DNA of 64,000 nucleotides from an uncultured Dehalococcoidales bacterium (GTDB lineage: Bacteria > Chloroflexota > Dehalococcoidia > E44-bin15), in assembly GCA_964443325.1 (NCBI GenBank), contig CAYUCL010000003.1, positions 100,519 through 164,518 on the forward strand, in the 5' to 3' direction. Shown one piece after another: positions 1-8,979 of the stretch. Both the position numbers and the translations under genes were made by a program. Position 1 is the stretch's first letter; every line of letters starts with the position of its first letter. The notes beneath the pieces were generated by a model. The model saw only the letters and a list, made by a program, of their open reading frames with translations. It searched no databases and was not told where the DNA came from.

Positions 1-2
1 CA

Positions 3-266
3 CCTATCGATCTTAGCCCCTTCCCCGAGCAGTTCTTGTCCCGAACTTTGGTCGGTGCTGTTTCCTCGTTGAAGGAGATCGAGAATATCGAAAACCTGGG
101 GATTTATTTAAAGCAGAGAGAGATCACACTTATCGTCAATGGCAATCAAGTAGAACTCATGATCTTCCCCAATGACCTTATCGCCAGCATAGTAGTTGGC
201 ATGGTCTCTTCACTCAAAGGGATCGACAAAATAGATAATGTGAAGATCACCGTTAAAGTAACTTGA
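3..266 (+). CDS. 3' end of a gene entering the window; two tandem ~40-aa units resembling the MobB-associated C-terminal domain
   Basis: Frame is open from nt 3 (PIDLSPFPEQFLSRTLVGAVSSLKEIE.. / ..VNGNQVELMIFPNDLIASIVVGMVSSLKGID..). Both units share [AM]VSSLK. Family call is from memory of MobB C-termini. Confidence 0.45.
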   Translation, partial: PIDLSPFPEQFLSRTLVGAVSSLKEIENIENLGIYLKQREITLIVNGNQVELMIFPNDLIASIVVGMVSSLKGIDKIDNVKITVKVT

Positions 267-273
267 CCAGGAG

Positions 274-304
274 ATTAATACAAGCCTGGACATCATTAAT
301 ACAA
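274..304. promoter_or_regulatory. Direct repeat ATTAATACAA x2, 21-bp period, upstream of the GRE gene; possible regulator site
   Basis: Exact 10-mers at 274-283 and 295-304. Confidence 0.3.
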
Positions 305-444
305 ATATCACATATAACAAAGCCGAAAAAGCATAGATTTGAACAGAGCATCTAGATATTGAACTTGGATTGACATGAAATCGCCAAGGGAATCGGCAAT
401 ATAGACTCGGCAATGATGGAGACATATCAATACACTGGCCAACA

Positions 445-473
445 TTGACGGTTACGAGGGAATGTGATATAGA
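445..473 (+). promoter_or_regulatory. Possible sigma70-type promoter for the GRE gene
   Basis: TTGACG-N17-TATAGA; imperfect -10. Confidence 0.3.
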
Positions 474-566
474 TTATGTATGGCAGTATCCTTATGGATT
501 TGTGAGGAGATATTTAATCTTTAACAAGGTATGTGTGTTAAAAACCATACCTGAGGGGAGAATGAA

Positions 567-2888
567 ATGGTTGTACAAACGAGAAGCAGAATCCAATCCT
601 TGACAGAACGTTATTTGGAGACCAGGCCCTCTATATGCGCCGAGAGAGCACGCATAGCAGCGGAGTCTTACAAGGAAACTGAATCGGAGCCACCAATCAT
701 CAGGGCGGCTAAAGCCCTGGATGCAGTCCTGCGTGGTATCACCGTCTGGATTCTCGATGATGAGCTTATTCTGGGGCACTGGGCGAGTACCTTTAGAGGG
801 GTCCCAGTGTGGCCAGAGTTCGGCATCCACCCCCCGCAATTAGGCTTCGCATATGGAGATCCTAAACTCCTTCCGTTATGGACCGAGAAAACTCAGCAAG
901 AACTGCAAGAGCTTATTTCATACTATAAAGGGAAAAATCCCACCGAGAAAGTCTGTGCCGAGCTCCCCCAAAAAGTCAAATCCGCTAGAGAAGCATCTTT
1001 GTGGTACTGGCACCTGGGGGTGGTACGAAACAGGGGTGGACGCTACCTTGTAGACCTGCCACTGGTGCTCGGCAAAGGGTTCAATGGTATAAAGAAAGAG
1101 GCGAAAATAAAGCTCAGGGAAATTGACCTGGAAGAAGCCGGCGCTATTGATAGGCAACTGTTCTACAAGTCAGTAATTATTGTCTGCGATGCCACAATTT
1201 CCTTCGCCAAGAGGCATGCAACAAAGGCAAGAGAGGCAGCCAGCGAAGCCAGTGGAGAGAGGAAGCAGGAATTGGAGGAGTTAGCCAGGATTTGTGAGCG
1301 TGTGCCAGCCAATCCTGCCGAGACTTTGTGGGAAGCGTTGCAGTCCGCCTGGTTCGCCTTCATGATAGGTAATCTAGAAGCCGGCGGAGACTCGATATCC
1401 CTTGGAGGGCTGGATCAGATTCTCTATCCTTATTACCAGGCAGACATCGCAAATGGCCGGATTACGAAAGGTAAAGCACAAGAGTTGCTTGACTCGTTTT
1501 TGTTCAAGTTTGGTGAAAACTCTACCCCAGGCGCTGATCTGGATTCTCACGTAAACGGGATAACCATCGGTCGCCAAACAGAGTATGGGCAGGATGCCAC
1601 CAACGAGATAACGTATATGCTTTTGGATGCTCTTGAGCATGTACGCCTGCCAAAACCACAATTTGGTATGAGAATTAACAAGGGAACTCCTAGAGAGCTT
1701 TTGATGAGGGCCATTGATGTAATGAGGGTAAGTGGAGGACGGCCCCAGCTCAACAACGATGATGCAATTATCCCGGCCCTGCTAAGGCGTGGGGTACCCA
1801 TTAAGGAAGCACGCGATTACTCCATGGACGGTTGCCAGCACTTCACTACATACTCCAGAAAAGACCACAGTGCCTGGTTCAACCTGGCAAAAGTACTGGA
1901 CATGGCCTTGAACAACGGGGTTGACAGATTGAGCGGAAAGCTGCTAGGCATCCATACAGGAGACCCCAGGAAATTCACTGTGTTTAATGATGTTATGAAA
2001 GCATTCAAGAAGCAGCTTGAGAACAGTGTTAAAATGCTCAATACCGAGAGTGAAATTACCGACGCCTCAATTAGAGGTGAGATGTGTTTGCCCTATGCCT
2101 CAACCCAGGTGAGAGGCTGTATGGAGAGAGGGGTTGAGGTCTTAGCAGGTGGAGGACGCTACAACTGGACCGGCATGCATGCCGTGGGACTAGCTACAGT
2201 AGCCAACTCACTGGCAGCCATCAAGAAGCTCGTCTTCGAAGAGAAGAAGTTCACCATGGCAGAACTGCTCAACGCTCTGGACAAGAACTTCGAGGGATAT
2301 GAAGAGATGCAGCAAAGGTTAGTTCGAGCACCAAAATGGGGAAATGACGATGACTATATTGACTCACTGGGGGTCGAAGTGGCCAATGCCTGGCTGGACG
2401 AGTGCGACAAGCACACATGTCATACCGATCCTGAGAATCCAGGCCCAACCATACCGGGCTTTCACTCGCTAACCTTCAATTTAGGATTTGGTGAGGCTAC
2501 CGCAGCTACACCTGATGGGAGAAAGGCCGAGGAACCGCTGAGCGACGGGATAGCTCCCTCTATTGGCACTTACCAGGGAGGACCGACAGCGGTGTTTGGC
2601 TCGGCAGCAAAGATTGACCATGCCAGAAGCTGGACAGGTTCACTCACCCTAACCCTTAATCAGCCGACAGAGATAGTAGCTACCCTGGCGAAAACCTATT
2701 TGACCGACATGGGAGGCACGCACCTGATGGGCAATCTCGTCTCCCCTGACACTCTACGAGATGCCAAGGCACATCCAGAGAATTACCGCGATTTGCTGGT
2801 GAGAGTTGCCGGGTTTAGCGCCCGTTTTGTTGAGTTACCCGAAGACATGCAGAATCTGGTTATCGAAAGGGCAGTTGTAGGCGCATAG
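567..2888 (+). CDS. Glycyl radical enzyme (PFL2/GRE superfamily), substrate unknown
   Basis: 773 aa. C-terminal LLVRVAGF glycyl-radical motif (Gly749), Cys loop SMDGCQH (Cys423), TPDGRKAEEPLSDG motif, typical GRE N-terminus. Confidence 0.93.
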   Translation: MVVQTRSRIQSLTERYLETRPSICAERARIAAESYKETESEPPIIRAAKALDAVLRGITVWILDDELILGHWASTFRGVPVWPEFGIHPPQLGFAYGDPKLLPLWTEKTQQELQELISYYKGKNPTEKVCAELPQKVKSAREASLWYWHLGVVRNRGGRYLVDLPLVLGKGFNGIKKEAKIKLREIDLEEAGAIDRQLFYKSVIIVCDATISFAKRHATKAREAASEASGERKQELEELARICERVPANPAETLWEALQSAWFAFMIGNLEAGGDSISLGGLDQILYPYYQADIANGRITKGKAQELLDSFLFKFGENSTPGADLDSHVNGITIGRQTEYGQDATNEITYMLLDALEHVRLPKPQFGMRINKGTPRELLMRAIDVMRVSGGRPQLNNDDAIIPALLRRGVPIKEARDYSMDGCQHFTTYSRKDHSAWFNLAKVLDMALNNGVDRLSGKLLGIHTGDPRKFTVFNDVMKAFKKQLENSVKMLNTESEITDASIRGEMCLPYASTQVRGCMERGVEVLAGGGRYNWTGMHAVGLATVANSLAAIKKLVFEEKKFTMAELLNALDKNFEGYEEMQQRLVRAPKWGNDDDYIDSLGVEVANAWLDECDKHTCHTDPENPGPTIPGFHSLTFNLGFGEATAATPDGRKAEEPLSDGIAPSIGTYQGGPTAVFGSAAKIDHARSWTGSLTLTLNQPTEIVATLAKTYLTDMGGTHLMGNLVSPDTLRDAKAHPENYRDLLVRVAGFSARFVELPEDMQNLVIERAVVGA

Positions 2889-2907
2889 TGCCCCCATCCC
2901 CTCAAAT

Positions 2908-4197
2908 CTACGACACTGAAGGCAGATACGTATCTCCAATAAGCTGTTCTTCTTCAAGCTGAGCTATCTCTTCCCTTGACATGCCCAAAATTTCTCCGTA
3001 AACATACTGATTATGCTCCCCGAGGCAGTTGGGTGGCATTCGGACATCGGCTGGCGTCTTGGAAAACTTAAAGCTCATACCGGGGTATAGATGAGTCCCT
3101 GCCTCACGGTGAGTGACCTCCTTGAAGAAACCGCGCTCCTTAAGATGAGGATCGCTATACAGGTCGGAGGGAGTGACAACCGGGCCCGCCGGAACCCCCA
3201 CCTTCTGTAGAATATGCATCACCTCGTAAGGGTCGTGCATTGTTGTCCATTCCTCTACGAGCTTATCGAGCTCATCCTGGTTCGACAACCTGCCTGAGAT
3301 ATCTCCAAACCTCGCCTCTCTTGTCCAGGCGGGATTCCCCAGTGCCTGGCAGAACGCCTGCCACTGCTCGTCCGATGAGACAGCGATGGTCACCCATCTA
3401 TCGTCACCTCGGCAGCGGTAGCATCCGTGGGGAGCCATTGAAGGGTCTCTATTGCCCATCGGTTTGGCGACTCTTTGATTCATAGTGTAATCCATGATCG
3501 CCTCACCCATGTGGGGAAGCATCGTCTCAGCCTGAGACAGGTCGATCAGTTGTCCTTTCCCCGTCCTGCACCGATAGTGCAGCGCGGTCAATGCAGCAAA
3601 AGCGAGAGTACCAGCGGCGACATTGTCACTCCAAACCGGAGCCGGGTTCCTTATCCTCATATCGTCCCCCGGATAACCTCTCAACGCCATCATCCCGGTT
3701 ACTGCCCCAATGTTGGTGCCAAACGTGCTATAGCCCTTATATGGGCCTTCTGTCCCCAAGCCGGATGCCGAGATCATAATGATGTCCGGCTTTACCTCCT
3801 TAAGCACTGAATAACCTATTCCCAGCTTGTCCATTATCCCCTGAGCGAAGTTCTCCAGGACAATATCGCTTATCCTGACCAAGCGTTTGTATATCTCTAC
3901 TCCTTCGGGTCGATTGAGGTCCAGGGTTATTCCATACTGGTTGCGGTTCATCGCGTGGAATGAGTAAAATCGTTCCCAAGGTTTTTCACCGGCGTCATTG
4001 TCAGCATACCCGAAATTCGCATCCATTCCCTTTGGCGGCCGCGCCACTGCACCCCTGGTCCAAGCAGGAAAACGCTGGATCGACTCCACCCTGATAACCT
4101 CACAGCCCATGTCTGCCAGCATAGTAGCTGCTGCGGTGCCAGTGTACACTATACCGTGAGAGATGACCCTTATCCCTTCCAATGGTAGCCTAGGCAT
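2908..4197 (-). CDS. Family III (CaiB/BaiF) CoA-transferase; subunit retaining the catalytic Asp
   Basis: LADMGCEVIRVES, MNRNQYGITLDL, ENFAQG, VWSDNVAAG (Asp at the catalytic position). Confidence 0.9.
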   Translation of the reverse strand: MPRLPLEGIRVISHGIVYTGTAAATMLADMGCEVIRVESIQRFPAWTRGAVARPPKGMDANFGYADNDAGEKPWERFYSFHAMNRNQYGITLDLNRPEGVEIYKRLVRISDIVLENFAQGIMDKLGIGYSVLKEVKPDIIMISASGLGTEGPYKGYSTFGTNIGAVTGMMALRGYPGDDMRIRNPAPVWSDNVAAGTLAFAALTALHYRCRTGKGQLIDLSQAETMLPHMGEAIMDYTMNQRVAKPMGNRDPSMAPHGCYRCRGDDRWVTIAVSSDEQWQAFCQALGNPAWTREARFGDISGRLSNQDELDKLVEEWTTMHDPYEVMHILQKVGVPAGPVVTPSDLYSDPHLKERGFFKEVTHREAGTHLYPGMSFKFSKTPADVRMPPNCLGEHNQYVYGEILGMSREEIAQLEEEQLIGDTYLPSVS

Positions 4198-4227
4198 ATC
4201 TATCTCCTGTATATCTCCACATATTAA

Positions 4228-5436
4228 TCAGATAACCCCTGCCTTTCTTAGCCTTGCCATATCTTGCTCGGTGTATCCCAGGCGCCCACAGTAGACCTCG
4301 CGGTTGTGCTGGCCAATAATGGGTGCTGGCTGTTGCGGTTGTGATGGCGTTTCGGGCAGTCTAAATGGCAAACCAGGATAGGTGCACTTTCCAACAACAG
4401 GGTGCGCAATCTCCACAAAAGATCCCCTGGCTTTGAACTGTGCATCCTCCAGCATCTCGTCAATTCTATATACCGCTGTGCATGGGAGTCTATGTGTCTG
4501 AGCTGTCCCGACCACTTCCTTGACCGTTCGCTGCCTCAGCCAGGACAATAGGATAGCTTCGAAATCTTGTCGATGCTCTCGTCGAGCTCCCGGGGTAGCA
4601 AATCTAGGGTCTTTATAAAGCTGAGGCATATCCAGCCATCTAAGCGTACGAGGCCAAAACATCGGCACCATCCCCCATATGAAAACGTATCCATTCTTGC
4701 AGGGGTACACCCCCCAGGGATACCCACCTGGTCGTCTCCACCCCGGTCTGTCCGGGTCGCGCCCGCCGAAGGCGTAGTTGATAATCCAGGATGCGCCTTC
4801 GGGAGGGCTGGATAAGCATTCCATGATAGAAACATCCACCTGCTGACCTTCGCCCGTTGCTCTGCTGCCGAACAACGCACCCATGGTAGCCGCCGCCGCA
4901 TCCGTACCAGCCAGATATTGTGCCTTATAGCCGGGATACTTCAACGGTTCGCGCTCAGGCTCTCCTTCAACAAACATATGAGGCCCCATAGCAGAGATCA
5001 CCAGCTCCGTAGCCTTGAAGTCTCGATAGGGACCCGTTTGCCCAAAGTTGGAGATGGATGTCATCACCAGCCTTGGGTTTATGTCCGCCAGAGTCTCGTA
5101 TTGCAGGCCCAGGCTGGGCATAACACGGGGCTCGAAGTTTTCCACCAAAATATCCACGTCTTTGACCAGTTCCTTGAACATCTTAACCCCTGTCTTACTC
5201 TTCAAGTTCAGGGTAATCCCCTTCTTATTGGTATTGAGATGAAGAAAGAGCCCGCTTTTTTCGGGATGTGGGTCATCCCCAAGAAAAGGCTCCATTCTCC
5301 TCGCTCCATCCCCTTCACCAGGCTTCTCAATCTTAACAACCTCAGCACCGTAGTCAGCCAGTAGCTTGGTGCAGTAAGGACCAGCAACATTATGGGTCAG
5401 GTCTAAAACTCTAACATCTTGCAAAGCTTGTTCCAT
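4228..5436 (-). CDS. Family III (CaiB/BaiF) CoA-transferase; subunit with Gln at the catalytic Asp position
   Basis: RVLDLTHNVAGPYCTKLLADYGAEVVKIE, LNTNKKGITLNL, KAQYLAG. ATG 5436 preferred on SD spacing. Confidence 0.9.
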   Translation of the reverse strand: MEQALQDVRVLDLTHNVAGPYCTKLLADYGAEVVKIEKPGEGDGARRMEPFLGDDPHPEKSGLFLHLNTNKKGITLNLKSKTGVKMFKELVKDVDILVENFEPRVMPSLGLQYETLADINPRLVMTSISNFGQTGPYRDFKATELVISAMGPHMFVEGEPEREPLKYPGYKAQYLAGTDAAAATMGALFGSRATGEGQQVDVSIMECLSSPPEGASWIINYAFGGRDPDRPGWRRPGGYPWGVYPCKNGYVFIWGMVPMFWPRTLRWLDMPQLYKDPRFATPGARREHRQDFEAILLSWLRQRTVKEVVGTAQTHRLPCTAVYRIDEMLEDAQFKARGSFVEIAHPVVGKCTYPGLPFRLPETPSQPQQPAPIIGQHNREVYCGRLGYTEQDMARLRKAGVI

Positions 5437-5602
5437 TACCACCTCTCGAATATTCTACCTCTCCGCCAGACTACATCTTAAATTGCCACAAACGACTCTT
5501 ATTATAATAGCACCTGTCGATGACCAAATGCCACGCCTGCTGGCAATCTCACTATAGCAGTAATGACAACACAGATAGCCCTCATCCACTCAGCGTGCAT
5601 TA

Positions 5603-5631
5603 TTGACACTTAGTTGGCCGAAGGTTAGTAT
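5603..5631 (+). promoter_or_regulatory. sigma70-type promoter of the 2-oxoacid:ferredoxin oxidoreductase operon
   Basis: TTGACA-N17-TAGTAT, 46 nt before the ATG at 5677. Confidence 0.7.
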
Positions 5632-5676
5632 TAGACAATCCAGTCATAGTGCCCCCCAGATACAGAGAGCGGCCTA

Positions 5677-6264
5677 ATGAATCAATTATCGAATAGAAGC
5701 AAGGAAATCTACGAGATTAGATGGCATGGGAGGGGCGGTCAGGGAGCGGTTACCAGTGCTCAGATCTTGGCTGAGGCTGCGTACTACGCTGGATATAAGG
5801 GTGTGACATCCGCCCCCTATTTTGGTGCGGAGAGAAGAGGGGCTCCGGTTACTGCCACTACCAGGTTCTCTTCCGAGCCCATCAGGGTTTATTCCGAGGT
5901 GGAGACCCCAGATGTAGTAATGGTGCTCGATGAAAGCCTTCTAAAGTTCAGCGATGTTATATCCGGTCTCAACCAGGGAGGGTGGTTAGTAGTAAATAGC
6001 ATGAGGAGACCGGCCGAAATAGGCCTGATGGGTGAATTCCAAATCGTCACTGCCAATGCTACAGAAATCGCCCATGAGCTTGGTCTGGTGGTGGCTGGCG
6101 TCACTGTGGTAAACACCCCCATCCTGGGTGCTTTTCTTCGAGCTACTGGGTTGCTATCTCTAGACAGTGTGCGCCAAGCGATAATGGGCAAATTCTCAGC
6201 CACGGATGCCGACAGAAATTTCAGGGCAGTGCAGTTAGCCTTCGAGAAGACGCTCCTGAAATAG
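5677..6264 (+). CDS. porC: 2-oxoacid:ferredoxin oxidoreductase gamma subunit
   Basis: EIRWHGRGGQGAVT, FGAERRGAPV, VNTPILGA. Confidence 0.9.
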   Translation: MNQLSNRSKEIYEIRWHGRGGQGAVTSAQILAEAAYYAGYKGVTSAPYFGAERRGAPVTATTRFSSEPIRVYSEVETPDVVMVLDESLLKFSDVISGLNQGGWLVVNSMRRPAEIGLMGEFQIVTANATEIAHELGLVVAGVTVVNTPILGAFLRATGLLSLDSVRQAIMGKFSATDADRNFRAVQLAFEKTLLK

Positions 6265-6329
6265 ACTAGCCTTCGATTCACCTGTGGCATAGTGGTAAAT
6301 TATACGATTAGTAAAGGATTGGAACTGCA

Positions 6330-6629
6330 ATGCATACAAGAGATTGCGGTAATATATCCGGTGTGTCATTTCCCAGCATTGGCGAGGCAGGAAAGACAGG
6401 CGACTGGAGAGAGTTAACGCCAGTCATCGATCCCCTGAAGTGCATACCAGTGAAGAGGCACAAGCCTTCCTGTTTCCTCTGCTGGCTATACTGCCCAGAG
6501 GCGGCAATCAAAAGGGGCATTCCCGTGGAAATAGACTTAGAGTACTGTAAAGGTTGTGGAATCTGTGCTGAGGAATGCCCGACAGGAGCCATTGCAATGG
6601 TAGAGGAAAACAATCTGACAGCAGGATAG
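6330..6629 (+). CDS. porD: 2-oxoacid:ferredoxin oxidoreductase delta subunit (2x[4Fe-4S])
   Basis: GKTGDWR, C-x9-CFLCWLYCPE, YCKGCGICAEECP. Confidence 0.88.
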   Translation: MHTRDCGNISGVSFPSIGEAGKTGDWRELTPVIDPLKCIPVKRHKPSCFLCWLYCPEAAIKRGIPVEIDLEYCKGCGICAEECPTGAIAMVEENNLTAG

Positions 6630-6647
6630 AGTGAGGTGTGTTAGACC

Positions 6648-7865
6648 TTGAAAGAAACAGCGGATAATACACAGATAATCACCGGCAACTATGCTACCGC
6701 CATGGCAGCCAAATTGAGCCGGGTTCAGGTAGTTGCCGCTTACCCCATCACTCCTCAATCTCCAGCGACTGAGGCCCTGTCCCAGTTCGTCGAAAGGGGC
6801 GAATTGGATGCCGAGTACGTCAGGGTTGAGAGTGAGCACAGTGCCCTCGGGGTATGTATAGCTGCGTCAACCGTGGGCGCTCGCACCTTCACCGCCACCA
6901 GCGCCAATGGGCTGGCATATATGTGTGAGCAGCTTCATTGGGCAGCCGGAGCCCGCCTTCCCATTGTGCTTGCCTGCGTCAATCGCGCCATGGCAGCGCC
7001 GTGGAGCGTGCTCAACGACCAGCAGGACTCCATATCTCAAAGGGATACGGGTTGGATTCAAATATACGCCCGAAACAGCCAGGAGATTCTGGACTCTATC
7101 ATCCAGGCCTATAAGATCGCTGAGAGCCTATACGTGCCGGTAATGGTGGGCTACGATGGTTACATCCTGTCCCATACGGTGATGCCGGTCGACATTCCTA
7201 ACCAGGAGCAGGTGGACCGCTTTCTCCCCCCATATAAGCCCCATACCATCCTTGATCCCGCCGCTCCTCAGAATCTGAATCTCGTTACCTTGGCAAATCC
7301 CAGGCAAGATGCTCACGGCGTTATGTGCCACGGATACATGGAGCTCAGGTATCTCCTTCAAGAGGCACTGGAGAGTTCCTTAGAGACAATTGTAGAAGTA
7401 GACAGCGAATTTAACGACACCTTTGGTCGCAGCTATGGAGGTACTTATTGGGGGTATCGTCTGGAGGATGCCAACTTGATCCTGGTGGCTATGGGCAGCC
7501 TCGCCACCGAGGCTACGGTGGCGGTTGACCAGCTCAGGCAACGAGGCCACAGGGCTGGGCTGCTAGCTCTAAGGGTCTATCGCCCCTTCCCCAGGCAAGC
7601 TATGATATCTGCAACTAAGAAGGCGGAGCTAATCGTAGTCTTTGACAAGAACATCAGCTATGGCTATGAGGGTGCTACATGCTCTGACCTGAAGGCAGCC
7701 CTCTATGGAAGCGGTATCCAGGTGCCGGTGCACAACTATATTGCAGGCCTGGGGGGCAGAGACGTCAAAGCCAGAGAGCTGGCCGATGCCGCCGAGAGGT
7801 CACTGCGACAAGTGGAAGAAGGCCGACCGCAAAAGGAAGTCGAGTGGTTGAATTGCCACATCTGA
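6648..7865 (+). CDS. porA: 2-oxoacid:ferredoxin oxidoreductase alpha subunit
   Basis: AAYPITPQS, VESEHSA, TATSANGL; TTG start. Confidence 0.9.
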   Translation: MKETADNTQIITGNYATAMAAKLSRVQVVAAYPITPQSPATEALSQFVERGELDAEYVRVESEHSALGVCIAASTVGARTFTATSANGLAYMCEQLHWAAGARLPIVLACVNRAMAAPWSVLNDQQDSISQRDTGWIQIYARNSQEILDSIIQAYKIAESLYVPVMVGYDGYILSHTVMPVDIPNQEQVDRFLPPYKPHTILDPAAPQNLNLVTLANPRQDAHGVMCHGYMELRYLLQEALESSLETIVEVDSEFNDTFGRSYGGTYWGYRLEDANLILVAMGSLATEATVAVDQLRQRGHRAGLLALRVYRPFPRQAMISATKKAELIVVFDKNISYGYEGATCSDLKAALYGSGIQVPVHNYIAGLGGRDVKARELADAAERSLRQVEEGRPQKEVEWLNCHI

Positions 7866-7889
7866 GACATTTGGTTTGAGGACATTGAG

Positions 7890-8780
7890 ATGACAGAAAG
7901 CGTGCTGAGCCTACCCAAAAAGGAATATATGCTTCCCGGAAACAGGACCTGTGCTGGTTGCGGTCTGGGCATTGCCTATCGCCATATCCTCAGGGCGCTG
8001 GGGGAGAACACAATCGTTACCGTGCCCGCTAGCTGTCTCACCGTTCTCCATGGCATGTATCCCATCACCTCGGTGAACATCCCGTGCATGAATGTCACCT
8101 TTCCCAGCACTGCGGCGGCATCGTCAGGGCTTGTCGCCGGTCTGAAGGCGTTAGGAAAGAAGGGGATTACGGTGGTAGGCTTTGCCGGCGATGGAGGGAC
8201 CCATGACATCGGAATCCAGGCTCTAAGCGGCGCCGCCGAGAGGAACACCGATTTCATCTACATCTGCTACGACAATGAGGCTTACATGAACACCGGGGGC
8301 CAACGCTCCAGCTCCACCCCCCTGGGGGTTACCACGACTACCACCCCCGTGCTGGGCAAAGCGCAGCATCAGAAGGACATGCCAGCCATAATGGCAGCCC
8401 ACAGGATACCCTATGTAGCTACAGCCTCATCTTCCTATCCCCTCGACCTCTATGAAAAGGTTAAAAAGGCAAAGGACATCACCGGCACCAGGTTCATTTA
8501 CATCTCCACGCCCTGTCCTCCTGGATGGTTCTTCCCCCCCAAGGACACGGTGAAGATGGGCCGTCTGTCAGTTGAAACGGGGATGGTCGTCCTCTACGAA
8601 ATAGAGAACGGGGCGTTTCATCTCACCGGAGCCAGCGAGAGGCTGGCGGCAAAGGGTGGACTAAAGCCAGTGCGAGAGTACATCGAGCGTCAGGGACGGT
8701 TCCGCCGCATCACCGAGGCTCAGATAGACGAGCTGCAGAGATGGGTAGCTGATAGGTGGGCGCAATATACCTCCCATTAA
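7890..8780 (+). CDS. porB: 2-oxoacid:ferredoxin oxidoreductase beta subunit (TPP-binding); substrate (pyruvate vs branched/aromatic 2-oxoacid) not determinable
   Basis: CAGCG, GDGGTHDIG, DNEAYMNTGGQRS, PCPPGW. Confidence 0.9.
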   Translation: MTESVLSLPKKEYMLPGNRTCAGCGLGIAYRHILRALGENTIVTVPASCLTVLHGMYPITSVNIPCMNVTFPSTAAASSGLVAGLKALGKKGITVVGFAGDGGTHDIGIQALSGAAERNTDFIYICYDNEAYMNTGGQRSSSTPLGVTTTTTPVLGKAQHQKDMPAIMAAHRIPYVATASSSYPLDLYEKVKKAKDITGTRFIYISTPCPPGWFFPPKDTVKMGRLSVETGMVVLYEIENGAFHLTGASERLAAKGGLKPVREYIERQGRFRRITEAQIDELQRWVADRWAQYTSH

Positions 8781-8920
8781 AACGTGAAGCCATGCTAGGT
8801 ACATTTCACTCAATCAGTACTGCATTACTTGAATTGCCACTACAGTATTAAATCCTACATATTTGGTTCAGCTAATTCGAGTATCGAAATGCTTATGTAT
8901 CTGTATGATAAGAATATCTA

Positions 8921-8950
8921 TTGCGATATCTTACCCATCAGTGGTAGAAT
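8921..8950 (+). promoter_or_regulatory. Extended -10 promoter for the 8980 gene
   Basis: TTGCGA-N18 with TG-n-TAGAAT, 29 nt before the ATG. Confidence 0.5.
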
Positions 8951-8979
8951 ATTTGTGCTAAAAGGAAAAAGGTTAAAAT

